Shown piece by piece: positions 1 to 12,380 of a DNA stretch of 64,000 nt. Origin of the DNA: the human T2T-CHM13v2.0 reference genome, Homo sapiens; assembly GCF_009914755.1 (NCBI RefSeq), contig NC_060932.1; one strand, written 5' to 3'. Positions within the stretch are counted from its first letter, which is position 1. Every line of letters begins with the position of its first letter. Under the pieces are notes generated by a model, which made no database searches, had not been told where the DNA came from, and was given only the letters and a program-made list of their open reading frames with translations. A program made the position numbers and the translations under genes.

Positions 1-1119
1 TATTTTCTTTATTCCTGGCTTCCCCCCAGCCCCCATTCTATACCTGCATCTTCAAATTATATTATATGGTAAATTTTTCTATAAATGGGAATATGATATC
101 TTTGAGATTAACAAGGTCGGCAAGAATTTAGCATCAGAATAGTTTTGAACAGGCATGTCTGTTATTTTTCTTGAAATATTCTCAGCTATCTATTTTTCTT
201 AACACAATAATAACAAAGACTGTGCGTGGAGTAAGAATTACGAGTTCATACATTTGGCAACTGAATCGCTTTTTCCTAGGTCATTGCTTTGTTGTCTAAG
301 CTTGAAATCACTTCTTGGAACCAATAATACAGAAGACACACAGCTATGATCCAAAAGATAATTTTTTTTCCTTCTTAATGGGGGATGGGAAAATTATATT
401 TAGGAGTGTGAGGGATTTTATAGTTTTTACTTGAATTAATGTAATAGAACAAGTCTGGCCACTGAAATATGAAATATAAGAAAACATACATGTTATATTT
501 ATAATTGGTTTGATATCTTGCTTTTTATTATTGCTTGATACAGAAATCATTTTACTGAAACATTGCAATAACAAAGGGCCTCTGGTATCTGTTTCTCCTC
601 ATCACTGTTCCATTCAGTATAAAAATAAATTGAAGAGTGCATTCTGTAGGACAAAACTTTATGTAAAATACAGTATGGTAGATATTGTGGTCTATTTCTT
701 AAACTTATCTAACTACACCAACACTAAGAGACATTTACTGTGGGGACAAGAGAGTCATTCGTAAGCACTCCCTTTGGCTGCCAGGTAAGGAATATCCAAG
801 AACTGACAGCAGCATAGCATTTAAAGGCATCAGTCTGGTACAAAAAAAATGAATATAGAAGAGATGGAATCACTGGGTATTGAGCAGCAGGGAAGGAAAT
901 GATTTGTGCTGCCTGCTGATATTTAAAGGTATATTATGCACAGTAAGAACAGCTTAGTTCTCCGGACTCCGTGGCTAACCCACTCTAGAACTGAAGGTAC
1001 ATAATATGCAGGATAAGTTTATCTCTTAGCATGGCCTGGGCAATTATTTGGTATTGATTTTCGGAAAGTTTTGTCTTACATGTCAGCATTTTGTTGGCAA
1101 ACTTTGCAACATAATCCAG

Positions 1120-1620
1120 TCAAATCAGCGCAGAGATGAGTGTGGGTAGAGATAAACCCTCCGCGGGCGAGTCCTTTGCGTGGTGGGTAGGTAGCCCTTC
1201 TACATTAAGAAAGCTCTTGCAACTGTGCCGTCTCGTCAGGGGAATTGTAATCTTGGGGAATCCCTGTGCCTGATTGCCGCTCTCCTCCCAATTGTGCACT
1301 TTTGACCTCTGTATTGATTCTGTTCTCTCATCAAAAGCGCTGATGTAATTCCATGTGCTGGGATCATGTAGTGATTTGCATTTAGGAGCTGCAACTGTGC
1401 GCTGACCCCAAACCATTTCATCAGAATGAAAGTAGACCAAATGGCAGATGCGTTTCCCCTTAATATTAAAGTCTATTGTGCCATTTGGTATGTTTCTTTA
1501 TTGTATATAGAAAAAGGACATATACCATCCGATCTGGATTTTGATTTAATTCCAAACAGGAATTGAGAAGTTCTTTAAAACATAACAGGGATCAGAAGGG
1601 ATTTTATTGAATTCCACATT
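1120..1620. promoter_or_regulatory. Candidate enhancer / conserved non-coding element
   Basis: Unique sequence retaining about a dozen CpGs in a CpG-poor background. Motifs: GGGGAATCCC (NF-kB) 1255-1264, ATTTGCAT (octamer) 1374-1381, CAGATG (E-box) 1445-1450, CTATTGT (SOX) 1473-1479. Conservation not verified. Confidence 0.4.
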
Positions 1621-2062
1621 CAGTGCAATAAATAGCATTCCTATTTGTTAAAGCTTAACACAAAATGATAAAAGTATCTGAATATATTTTCAGAATTTCC
1701 AGCACATTAAAAATTGTTTTATTTTTTTTTACCGTTTTTTGTTACTAATGTATATCAAACAAGATGTCTATTCATTGACTCTCTAGTGAAATACACTAAC
1801 TAGAAATGCTATTTAGTAATAGAAAATAGTAGATATGTCATTAACAGATTTAATCTGATGAAAATATTGACCATTATTTTGTTTGTTTCTCCTCTCCCTC
1901 TTCTTCCTCCTTTTCTTTCTTCTTCTTTTTCAAGTAGGGTGGAAAATGGGCAGAAAACAACTTTTAAAGCCTAGGCACCTAAAGAAAATGTCATTGAAAA
2001 TCTGTGTAAATATACAATTATCTGCATTATGTTCTGCTTTCCTATTTCCCCTGTAGATACTA

Positions 2063-2230
2063 TTCATTCTTACTTATTAATTTCAAACAACATGTGTTTA
2101 CTGAACATTTAGATATAGGTGCTAGAAATTTGGTGATGAGCAAAACAGACATGATCCTTCATGGAACTGGAGTCTGGATGGAGAGACAGTCAACAAATAA
2201 TTACACAAATAAATATCAATGTAACAAGAA
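2063..2230 (-). mobile_element. L2 LINE 3' fragment
   Basis: ttcattc...tttactgaac...ggtgctag...aaaacagacatgatccttcatggaactggagtctgg resembles the reverse complement of the L2 3' end. Confidence 0.6.
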
Positions 2231-2910
2231 GAGAAAAGGTCATATTAATAACTGACAATATGAATTATTCTATGAATGGAATCATACTTATTTGGAAAAA
2301 TACTGAAAAGAACTTTGGGGAGGTGTGGGGATGGAGCTACTGAAGGTGCTGAGTATGTGTGGATCCATTCATTGAAAACTAAAAAAGGGTTTCACCAATT
2401 GTCTCATATGGAAAGAGGGAGAAGGGACTTGGTGGCAGAACCAAAAAAAGGGGCTCTGTGATCCTTCAAAATTAGGAAAACCTTGGTAGAGTGAATCTTC
2501 TATGGAGAAACTAGAACAGAGTTGTCTTTTGTGCCCAGGTCAGTGGGAGATTAAAGCAAGATGGCACAGAGGAACTGGCAGGCTGTGATGTTTGTTTGAT
2601 CTGGGATTAGTAGAAAGTATGGGGAATACTCTGGATTCTCACAGGCTGGGAATTTGGAGGCTCAAGCCAGTAGTTCATACATTTTTTTTTTAAAGAGTCT
2701 TCAATAAGTACTGTAGAGATAAACTGCAGGAAGTATAACAGGGTTCTAATTTAGATTGAGGTGGAAAGTGATGTCAGACAACACCACTTCATTTTATTTT
2801 ATTTGTGATCTTGAGGGTACTTGATTTCATTTTTAAAAGGTATTGGATCTTTCTGTGGGGAAATAGTTACAAAAATGTCTGAGTTTACAAAATGTTAAGT
2901 TAGGAAATAC

Positions 2911-3128
2911 TGATAATAATGTACATTGCATAGTATAGTTTTAGTTTACAATGTACTTTCACGTGAATTGTCTTAATAAATCCTCAAAGCAATCCTGTGA
3001 AAAAGGTGTCATTCTCATAGTAAAGATGAGACCATTGACAATGGCTTGCCAAAGGCTAATACGTAGTAAGTGGCAAAAGCAGACCCTGAATCCAGGCCTT
3101 CTCACTCTAAACTGTGTCCTTTCCACTA
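2911..3128 (-). mobile_element. MIR SINE
   Basis: aatcctcaaagcaatcctgtga...gatgag...cttgccaaaggcta...agtaagtggcaaaagc...tgaatccagg matches the antisense MIR core. Confidence 0.7.
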
Positions 3129-3814
3129 ACTTTTGTAAAATAGTGCTTGAAGTTGTGAAAGCATTCACCAATGATTTTTCTTTAGTCATATATTCCAATA
3201 AACATAAAATTGCTTAGTTTTTAAAAAAAGCATATTTTATTGAAATTTCCAGGATGTATGTATTGAATACATTGAGGTTTACTTTGAGAGGCTGTGTGCC
3301 ATTGTTGCTAGAGGATTGAAAAGTATTTCACACAGGCTGCGCATAAGCTTCTCCTTGGCCTGGAAGTAGTAAGAGATGAGATAAATCTTTATAGGAGGAA
3401 AAAAAAATCTGAATTTCTCCCTTTAGAAGCCAGGCTAAAAATAGTACAAGTATTCTAGGGAAAAGGAAAAATAGCCCCACCCCTGAAATAGGCTCCAACA
3501 GAAAAATACTGGGTTGTCATTAAATAATCTCCATGTTTTTGACTTTTGTCTTGGGGGAGGTTGGTTAAAAAGCCTTTGACCAACTCCCCACCTCTTCCAT
3601 CATATTCCTGTGATTAATATTTTATGTCATGGGCTCAATTCTATGAATCACAATTGACAGTATGATTGTCCTTATTAATCATTATTAAAATCAATAATTA
3701 TAGATAACTGAGTGGACTATCCTGTATATAACCAGAGGGTGCTGGTTAGCCAGGTTTATGACATGTGCATTGCTCCTTTATTATCTATGGTTTAGTTCGG
3801 GTACAAGTCAACAA

Positions 3815-4005
3815 ATTTGAATTCTAAAGCCTAAGGTTTAAAACTCAGCTTCGCCACTTTAGCAGACACCTGACCCTGGGTAGGTTATTTAACTTTTCTA
3901 GGGTTCAGGCTCATCATCGATAAAATGGGATTAATGACACTTAACTCATAAAGTACTTGTTGGGATGAAATTAGATTGCATATATGAAAAAAGCCAGTGC
4001 AGGCC
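3815..4005 (+). mobile_element. MIR SINE
   Basis: cagcttcgccactt...tgaccctgggtaggttatttaac...catcgataaaatgggattaat matches the sense MIR core. Confidence 0.65.
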
Positions 4006-5741
4006 TTTATGCCTTTGTTTTATTCATTTGGGAGATGAACAGATCAAATTAAAGGTGATCTCAATGTGGCCAGGGAATAGTACGGATTAGGGTGAAGAAT
4101 GTTATCAGTCACTCCTGTCAGCATCCAGATACTTGGACCGAGATCCTAGAATAAAGGTCTCCTGCATATGGGTGTCGCGGTCTTTTCCTGGCTTAGGAAC
4201 TGTCATGTTGCCACTTGATTACATTCTCTTTTGCAGAAGTTAAACGTTTTGATCAGAAAGGAAAGGTAGAACATATGATTTTAGGTCCCAGGCCTCCTTA
4301 ATTGATCTTAATGCTGTGTGTCCCTAACTTTCTTATTCATTAAATCCACCCAGAGTGTTCTTCGGAAAATCGAAGTCCAACTTTGCATTGAAATAATGGA
4401 GCCTCCTGGAACTGCTTTATCACAGTGGGAAGAACTTGTAAGAAAAAGTGTTGGTTTTTATTCAGAAGTCAGGATTTAACTTCTTTTCCCTGAGAGCTCT
4501 TTGGGTGCTTTGACACTTACTCATGCTGTATGTAAACTAGATACATTTATTCATTGTTTCCAATGAGGATAACTTTGGAAAATGTTAAATGGCATTCCAC
4601 CTCATACTGACTCATCTCAAATATTGCTTGTAGCAGATAACGTTAGCTATGAGTTATGAGTAGTTTGGGTATTGGAATCAAGAACTTTTAGGCCCGGAAA
4701 AGTAGACTGTTAGAGTGTGTGTGAGCCTAGCTTTACTGTCTTTGTATCAACTCACTTGTTTTATTTTGAGTTTAGAAGTCCCTTGTATGCTGATTGTCAT
4801 CTATCTTGCTTACATTCATTTACAGAAAAGAGAAAATGATCTTAAAATTATTTTGTATTTTGAAAAACATTACCTTTGATAGCCAGATGTTTGATGAGTA
4901 CATTTTGATGTTGCAGCCAAGAGGTAAGGGCTGTGTCTATTGAAACAAGTTCATTCTGGGACTAGCTATATATCAGCATTTCATGCATCAATTCTTACAG
5001 GATGAAGTAAAAAGGAATACAAGACATACTAAAGATTGCAGCTTTTCTCCAAGATTTAAAATCTTTCAGATAATTTTTTAATGAGAAAAAACATTAGGAA
5101 GTGAATTCAGCATATAAAATGACATGTGGTTATTGCAGGATGTGGTCTCCACTAGTTTACTGTATCAAAACCTTATTTGCTTTTATGTGTTGTGAACTTG
5201 CTTGTGTGTGAATGTGCTGTAGGTTGTGATTAATTTTTAGGACTAAAAACATAAGTATGCAAGTTTAATATAAGAGAATAATATTTTTTCTGCCCTTCAA
5301 TAATGATAGGCTTTGCTTTTGATAAATTATTGATACTATTTAGTATTTACAAAGCATATTTTAAAAATTCCCCAGGGGCATCTGAATCATCTCTTTGGTT
5401 AGAGTAGTCAGACAGGAAGTTTATGCTATATTGCAGCAGTGTTTCCATGTCATAGGTGTGGGAAATGGGGTCCACAGACGGTGAGAGAACAGTGGCATTA
5501 TGGGAGTCAAAAGGGTGACCATCGAGCACCCTATCCAATAAAAGTCCTAAGCATGGTTGAGAGAGCTACCAGTTGGAAACGAGGACACCTGCCTGCTCCA
5601 GTCTCATTGTACTCGGAGTCTATTTAAGGGTTTGGACTTATCTTAGGGAACCATGAACATCTGGCTCTTATTTCAAAGTAATTGAAACAGCCTTACTTGG
5701 TGCTCACCTGAGCGGAGGTTAGCATCGCTAATCCAACTACA

Positions 5742-5772
5742 GTTGTTGTTGTTTTGTTGTTGCTGTTGTTTT
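5742..5772. repeat. Imperfect (GTT)n microsatellite
   Basis: Read directly. Confidence 0.8.
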
Positions 5773-8088
5773 TCCCTGTATTTTTCAAGTGAGTCAGTAT
5801 GAAGGATCTATTAAATAGAAACATTCTGAACACATCTGAATGTTACTAATAAGCACTTTTTTTAAGTTAACTAAGCAAGTTCACACAGCTTTTATCTCTA
5901 TCCTATGTTGCATTTTGGATATATTCATAAATGGTGGTTTCCCTATAGGTTGGTTTTCGCTACATTAGTGTATAAAGAAGCTGAACATTTTAACTTTTCC
6001 ATAGTGACAGGTGATGCTTGCTTGCTGATGGTGATTTGGAATATTGATGTTTTAGAAAAATAGCTACATCAAACAGGCAATCTGCACAGCTCAAAAACTA
6101 CACAAAGAGCATTGATATAAATAAAGTGTCGACTGGGTGCTGCAGATTTGTGCAGAATCATTTTCAAATTTTCCTTTTTGAATTATTAAATAGACCATGT
6201 CAGAACAACTCTGATTATTATCCAATCCATATGCTTCAACACCAGCCTTTTATGTAATATCAAGCAATGGCAGTGTTCAACTGGACCAATCATGAATGCT
6301 CCCTCGTTCTGGAAATGATTCAAGCACTTCACCACACTGCAGCATCTTATGCAGATATGCAGACACCTGCTGCATTGCTTATGGGGGAGGCCACAGCACT
6401 ATCTGCCTTTAGAAACGTATGCAGGGTGTGAAAATATATCTAATTCCTTATCATGAAATTTAAGCATAAGCCCTCTTTTTGCAATGGTAAACCTATTTAG
6501 GTATGTTAGATATAGCATCATTATCCAGCTATACCTCTACACAGCAGAATTATGTACCTGACCTGTATTGTAAATAAAGTGTGGCACTGCATATTTCTAA
6601 AAACAGTTTTATAAAAAATAAAGTGCTGTCCTTTGTTCTTTAACAACTACCATGTCTGCTGGTAATGGAGATTCTGATATGCAGGGATGTAGCCACATAT
6701 AATTTATAAAATGTGATAAAATGATAATCTCTCACCTACACTAATACACAGTTTATCTAGATAAATAACTCTTGGAATGAATACTGTGGATGCCTTTAGG
6801 GTTTCAGGCATTTAATTAAAATGGAACAGAAATATTAGCTGTCAGCTTTGGGATTTTTGCATCCTTTCTTGAAAAGAATATTTTTTAGTCTGAGAACACA
6901 TTTGTGACATTCACTAGAAATAAATATGAGATGGTATTTTTCTAGTCCTCATGAAAAGAAGGCTAAAAATGCATAGTATAGAGATCTCAAGATGAAATTG
7001 TTCCCTGTTCTCCAGAGCAGCTCCCTCCAAGAGCCTGGGATTGAGCACAGAATTCAGGGTGCCTCTCTGATAAGTGCCAGTGATGGGAGGTAGTACCCTT
7101 TCCCCGGCACTTTTGCCATGGTCCTGGTGTGTTACCATCACTCACAAAGACTGCTGAAGCAGAGGGCTTTCTTCTTGCTGCCTGCATGTGATTTTGACAT
7201 TGGACACAGGGAGGCAGGGCAAAGCAATGGCAGAGACCAAGCGTGGGGAGAAGCACCCAAGGCCTGGAGTACACTGCCTTCCAGATTGCTGAGATTGCAG
7301 GAGGCTCACTAGCTGCCCACTTAACCCTAAAAATACATCTGCAGTGTGAGAGATATAGTCAGCCATGATGCCTTTTAATTTTTCCATTGTCTACTTAAAA
7401 CTGACTTGGGTTTTCTTTGAGTTAATATTTCTAGAAAACACTTGTTATGTTTATGTGATAAACTGCCTCTTTAAAAACACAGATTACACACTATGTGTAT
7501 ATATCTCATGTATTTCTTTTGTTTATTTTTGCTCTATTTTATAGGATTTGGAATAAAAAAAGGAAAAAAAAACCCTCCATAACCTTATATTGTAAGCAGT
7601 GATACCCTACTGTTGAACAAATTAATCTGGGTATTTGTCCATAATTTTGATAGTACATGACATGCTGACAAAGCATGACATTATTACTTTAAATAATTTT
7701 GTTTATTTAAAGTAATAATTTAAAAGTGGTGTGTTTCTTTCTTCTTACGTAGCAAACTCAATGGTCATATAACATGATTTAAAGGCTCAATTGCATGCGT
7801 GTAGATTTTTGAGAGCGATAAGAAATGATGTAAAAACTTGAGAAAAAATGAGTAAGGAGTTATATTTTAAAAATCACTTTTAGTTCTTGTTTGGAAAATA
7901 ATTTTTCCCTGTGATTTCACTTTTGGATCTGGAAAATGGGATATTTCCTAGTAGGAGAATGATTGTGATGGGAACTAATTGGTATTGTTTGTGAAATAAT
8001 TTCCTAGGTTTGGAGCAAAGATACTATTCAAATGGGGAAACATGAAATTATGTGTTGATAGATAACAAATAAAGGCAGTAGGTCAGAA

Positions 8089-8121
<33 letters not shown>

Positions 8122-8122
8122 T
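8089..8122. repeat. (GT)n microsatellite
   Basis: About 17 GT units with one interruption. Confidence 0.95.
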
Positions 8123-10161
8123 TCCTTTTCTCATCATACCTGGAGACTCATACACCAGTTGTAATCAAAATCAAAATAACCATTATAATTTCAAGTGGAA
8201 AAGAATTAGGTGGTCTCTTGTTAATAATCCAAGTTAAGAGGCATATTGTTTGTTTGCTTTTTCCTCCAGGTACATTTTAGCCATCGATATTGACAAACAC
8301 TAGCCTGGAAAGGTATATTTCAACATTTCAAAATCATTGTCATGGAGAACAGAAAGCGGGGGGTGGGGGGAATCTATTCTATATATTTTCCTCTTGGGCA
8401 ATGGAAATAAGCTCTCATGATTCCATAGTCTTTTAGCCTTCCTCCCCTCCCCCTTTCATTTGATCACATTATTCACACAAAGAACCAATGAGCCGTTGTG
8501 CCATTACCTTAAAATCCTATATTAATGAGACAGCTACAGTTTTTAATCATTTGAGTTAAGCCTTGAATGTTCTGTTTGCTAATATCATGCATCCATTTAA
8601 AATGAGAACAAGTATTTTTTGGTTTTGGCAAATAGTGAATAAAATAGGGATTTTTCTCTGTAAACCTGTCAAACATTCTGAAGAAAGCATCTTATTCTTA
8701 AGGAGTTGATCTTATCTGTAAAAACATGAGCTAAAAAACGTGTCCCACAGAGGCACCTAGGGGGATAAGGACTCTGGCACTTTGTTTTTCTTGCAAAATT
8801 TTGGGGTAGAAATAAAGTCATGTACAAATACTGTGGTAAGCTCATCCCGATCATTTAACAAAAATTAAAAGCATTTGAGATGGCACTTAAGTGGTACCTA
8901 AACGATGTATACTCAGCATCTTCTGGAGATATAATTATGTAAATAAAAGAAAGGATTTTTTTTGTTTGTGCTTAATCTTTCATTATGGTAAATTTGCTTT
9001 CGTTTATTAAAATGGCTTAAAAAGCACTTTAAATGAAGTTTACATAGCACCATAATTTAACTTTTTTTTCTTTTTAGCTAATAGCTATTTTCTAACTTAA
9101 AGCATGACATCCAGGCCACCTGGATTCCACAGATATCAATATCACATGAATTAGAAAAATATCTCACCTTTTAGAATTCCTATGTAAAAGGGCAGTAGCG
9201 CATTCAACCTTTAGAAAACTGCCATGCAAATTATCTGTGAACTGTTATTTTTTTCTTTTATTGTTTATTCTTGTTTCATGAAAAATCTAATATTTGTTGG
9301 GATGCCATTCAAGAAAGTTGAAATTATTGAATGCTGAATGCTTCATACTTAATCTCATAGCATAAATAAGCTGTAAAATATTAATATTAGAGCAGGCGGG
9401 AAGTTGTTTTAAAATGCAGTTTGGTCCTGTTTCCTCAATACTAAAGTATACTCACAAGTGAAATTCATGAACAAACTTTAGTAAAATTAGTAAAATTAGA
9501 AGGCATTTACATAAAGGGAGATTTATTGTATTGATATCACTGAACCAATACAATGAACTTAAAGACACAGGGAATTTCCCTTGACTTGTGTTTCTCACAC
9601 CTCAGGAGCTATTCCATCTTTCATCTAAGATTGTTTTCACTATTCATGGAGGAGCCACTACACTGGCATTGTTAAGAATTTTGGGTCCATCTAAAGCTAA
9701 ATCTCCATATCTGGGTGAAATGGCAAGGCGATTTTATTTTGCAGATAAAGAAAGTAAAGTTTTAATCCACCCTAGATTACAGAGAACATAGAACCAATAG
9801 GCTATTTGGGAACATTAGGCTCTCAATCCAGCTCTTCACTTTAAATATTTGGCTAATCTCCCCAGTTTATTCTAAGCTGGAACATACATGGCTCCCCACT
9901 CTCCCCACTCTTGTCTCAACTTGCCACTTTGTTCACATACAAATGCCCTCTTACTTGAAACCCTTCAACTGACTTTTTTATCTTATCATAATGATGATTT
10001 CTCCATAACCAGTCAACCAAGCATTTGCTCCTCTTAACTAGCCAGGGCTGCCCAAACCACAAAACTTTGCCAAATCCATCTGATGTATTCTTCTACAGAA
10101 GCAATGGAAGCTAATGTATCTTTCCCAAAGTAGTTATTAGACACCTTATTTTAGTTACTGA

Positions 10162-10184
10162 TTTTTTTTTTTTTTTTTTTTTTT
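10162..10184. repeat. Poly(T)23
   Basis: Read directly. Confidence 0.95.
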
Positions 10185-10679
10185 AGCAACAGAATCTAAG
10201 CAGCCTGATTGGAATTTCAAATGATCGTCACACTGAATTTGAAAGTCTGTTTTACACAGAATGTAACATTTTTCTTATATTTTAACCAAGGAGAAGCAAG
10301 GAGAAGGTCCTTTTTATCTTTTTTCTAGCCAAATGCATGTTCAATATTATTAATTCAAACAGAAAGAAGAACATCCAAAAATTTTGACTATTTAATCAGA
10401 TTTTTTAGGCTTTTGTTAGGTTATCAAATGCTTTCTGTTTCGATATTAAAGACACAAAAATTCCTCACTTTCTGATTTATTTTTTTCTTAAACAATGTGA
10501 CATCTATGTTAGCATTGGCCAAAGCACATAAAAGTCAGTTTGTTTAAAAAAATAAGGTATTGCACCAATTTCATTCATTTACCTAGCTCTCTATTTATTT
10601 ATTTTTAAGAAGGAAAATGAGTTTGAGTTATTGCTTGATTCCTGTTGCCTGTTTGCTCTCCCTAAATTTTCCTTTCTTC

Positions 10680-10860
10680 ACACACGAAGAAGCAAACACT
10701 GTCCCTGTCAAATGATAAATGAGGCAGAATTCGTGACGTGCATGTTTGTCAACATAAGAAAGATCAAATGATTGCTCAGCAGGAAGAAGCCACGGGAAAT
10801 CCAATGATTTTTTACTAATTAGCAAAATAATAATAATGTCTCCCTAATGATTACCTAGTA
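10680..10860. promoter_or_regulatory. Candidate TALE/HOX-type enhancer
   Basis: CTGTCA (MEIS/PREP) 10705-10710 lies next to TGATAAATGA (PBX-HOX TGATNNATKR) 10713-10722. Also TGACGTG 10734-10740 and TAATTA/TAATGATTA homeodomain sites, all in unique sequence. Confidence 0.4.
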
Positions 10861-12380
10861 CTGGGTTGTGTCCTTTTATCAGGGAGATATTCTGCTAGTG
10901 CAAACTTGTGTTCTGAAGATAGGCTAGCAATTTCACTTGAAATTATGAAGGTGGACCATTTCTGAGAAATCTTTTGAAGAATCCTGTTCTCTGTCACTTG
11001 AGTAATTGAGAAAGAGAACTCAGCCATATTTTTTGCTTTCCATTTTAACACAGCCAATGTGTGTGTTTAAGCCAAACTTTACAAGAAAAGCAATGCATTA
11101 TTCTCAAGATCATTTAAAGTTCAAGTTCATCCTGTCCTTTCAGGGAATTTTACAAGAGGTATTCATGAGGGGTAACTTGACTGAAAATAAGAATGGAAAC
11201 CAGATTTTTTTTTTCCACCTGCTACCCAAGTTACATTGTCAATTACCATACGTTGCCAGATTTTTATTAATCTTTTATAAGACTTTAAGAGGTAGGCCTA
11301 AATTCTTAGTCCTGGAAAATGTTGCTGTTGCTAGCATTTTCTGTGAAGTTCAGTAGTCAACAACTATTTATAGGAAACACAGTGAAGACAGGAGCATCTC
11401 TCAGGTCACAGGGTCTGTGCTGAGCTCTGTGGATTCTCTGGCCTGGGATATATTCACAGGATTCCTGGCTCAGGACAAAGCTACATATTTCTCACTTTTC
11501 TGTGTGCCAGATTTACACCTTAAAAATAGAGATCAAGGACGAGCGAGCTTGGAACCAAGGGAACACTATATGGGGAACTTAGCTTGTCATGTGGCATCTG
11601 GCTTGGGCATTGTTGATTTGGGCATTAAAACTGCTTGAATTGTCTTAAATCTCACCAAGAGAGCTGGTAAAACTTGCAAATGTTTGGAGGCAAAAACGTA
11701 TCACATTAAAACAAAGAGCAGACATGATCCCATTATTTGAAGTTATTATTTCTTCAGACTAGCGAGCTACTTATTTTTTTTGTTTTTCCCTTTAATATAA
11801 TATAAATTGACATTGTGATCCTTTATTTATCTGATGTATATATTGCAATACCAACAACAAAAACAAATCTGTTTTCCTTCTTTATATCCACATCACCAAG
11901 AAGCTCTATTGTTGGGTGGGTATTGCCTGTGCTTACATCACTAGATACAAGGACTCATGATTACATATTTTTACTTTTGTTTTTTGTCACCTTAAGCCAG
12001 TCCAGGAAGTTCCTGCAGCACCCCTCTCTCAACCAAGGTCAGTCTGCAGCCCCTTCCCAAGCAATAGTGATTTCTATGATAGCAACTGGAGAAAAGCCAT
12101 AGTAACATCTTTCCTTTGTCTAACCCAGGAAAGACGACAACAGGGAGACACAGGGACTGAGGAGATGACAGGGAAATGGGGACATGGTAATGAGGGGAGG
12201 GGAAGGGGGAGGGGCCTAGGAAAAGACAAGAGCAGTGCTGATGATATGCTGGGGAGAGGTCAGAAGGTGAGAGGACAGAGATTACTTTAATGAGCCACAT
12301 GGCTGCCACCACCAAACAGATGCTCAGATTTCTCTTAAGTCTCCATCAACCCCAATGAATTTTTCCATGGCTCTCTAGTT

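Noticed and set aside
6268-6340. TGGCAGTGT resembling the miR-34/449 5' end
   Set aside because: Only a 9-nt match, with 7-bp complementarity downstream and no pre-miRNA hairpin.
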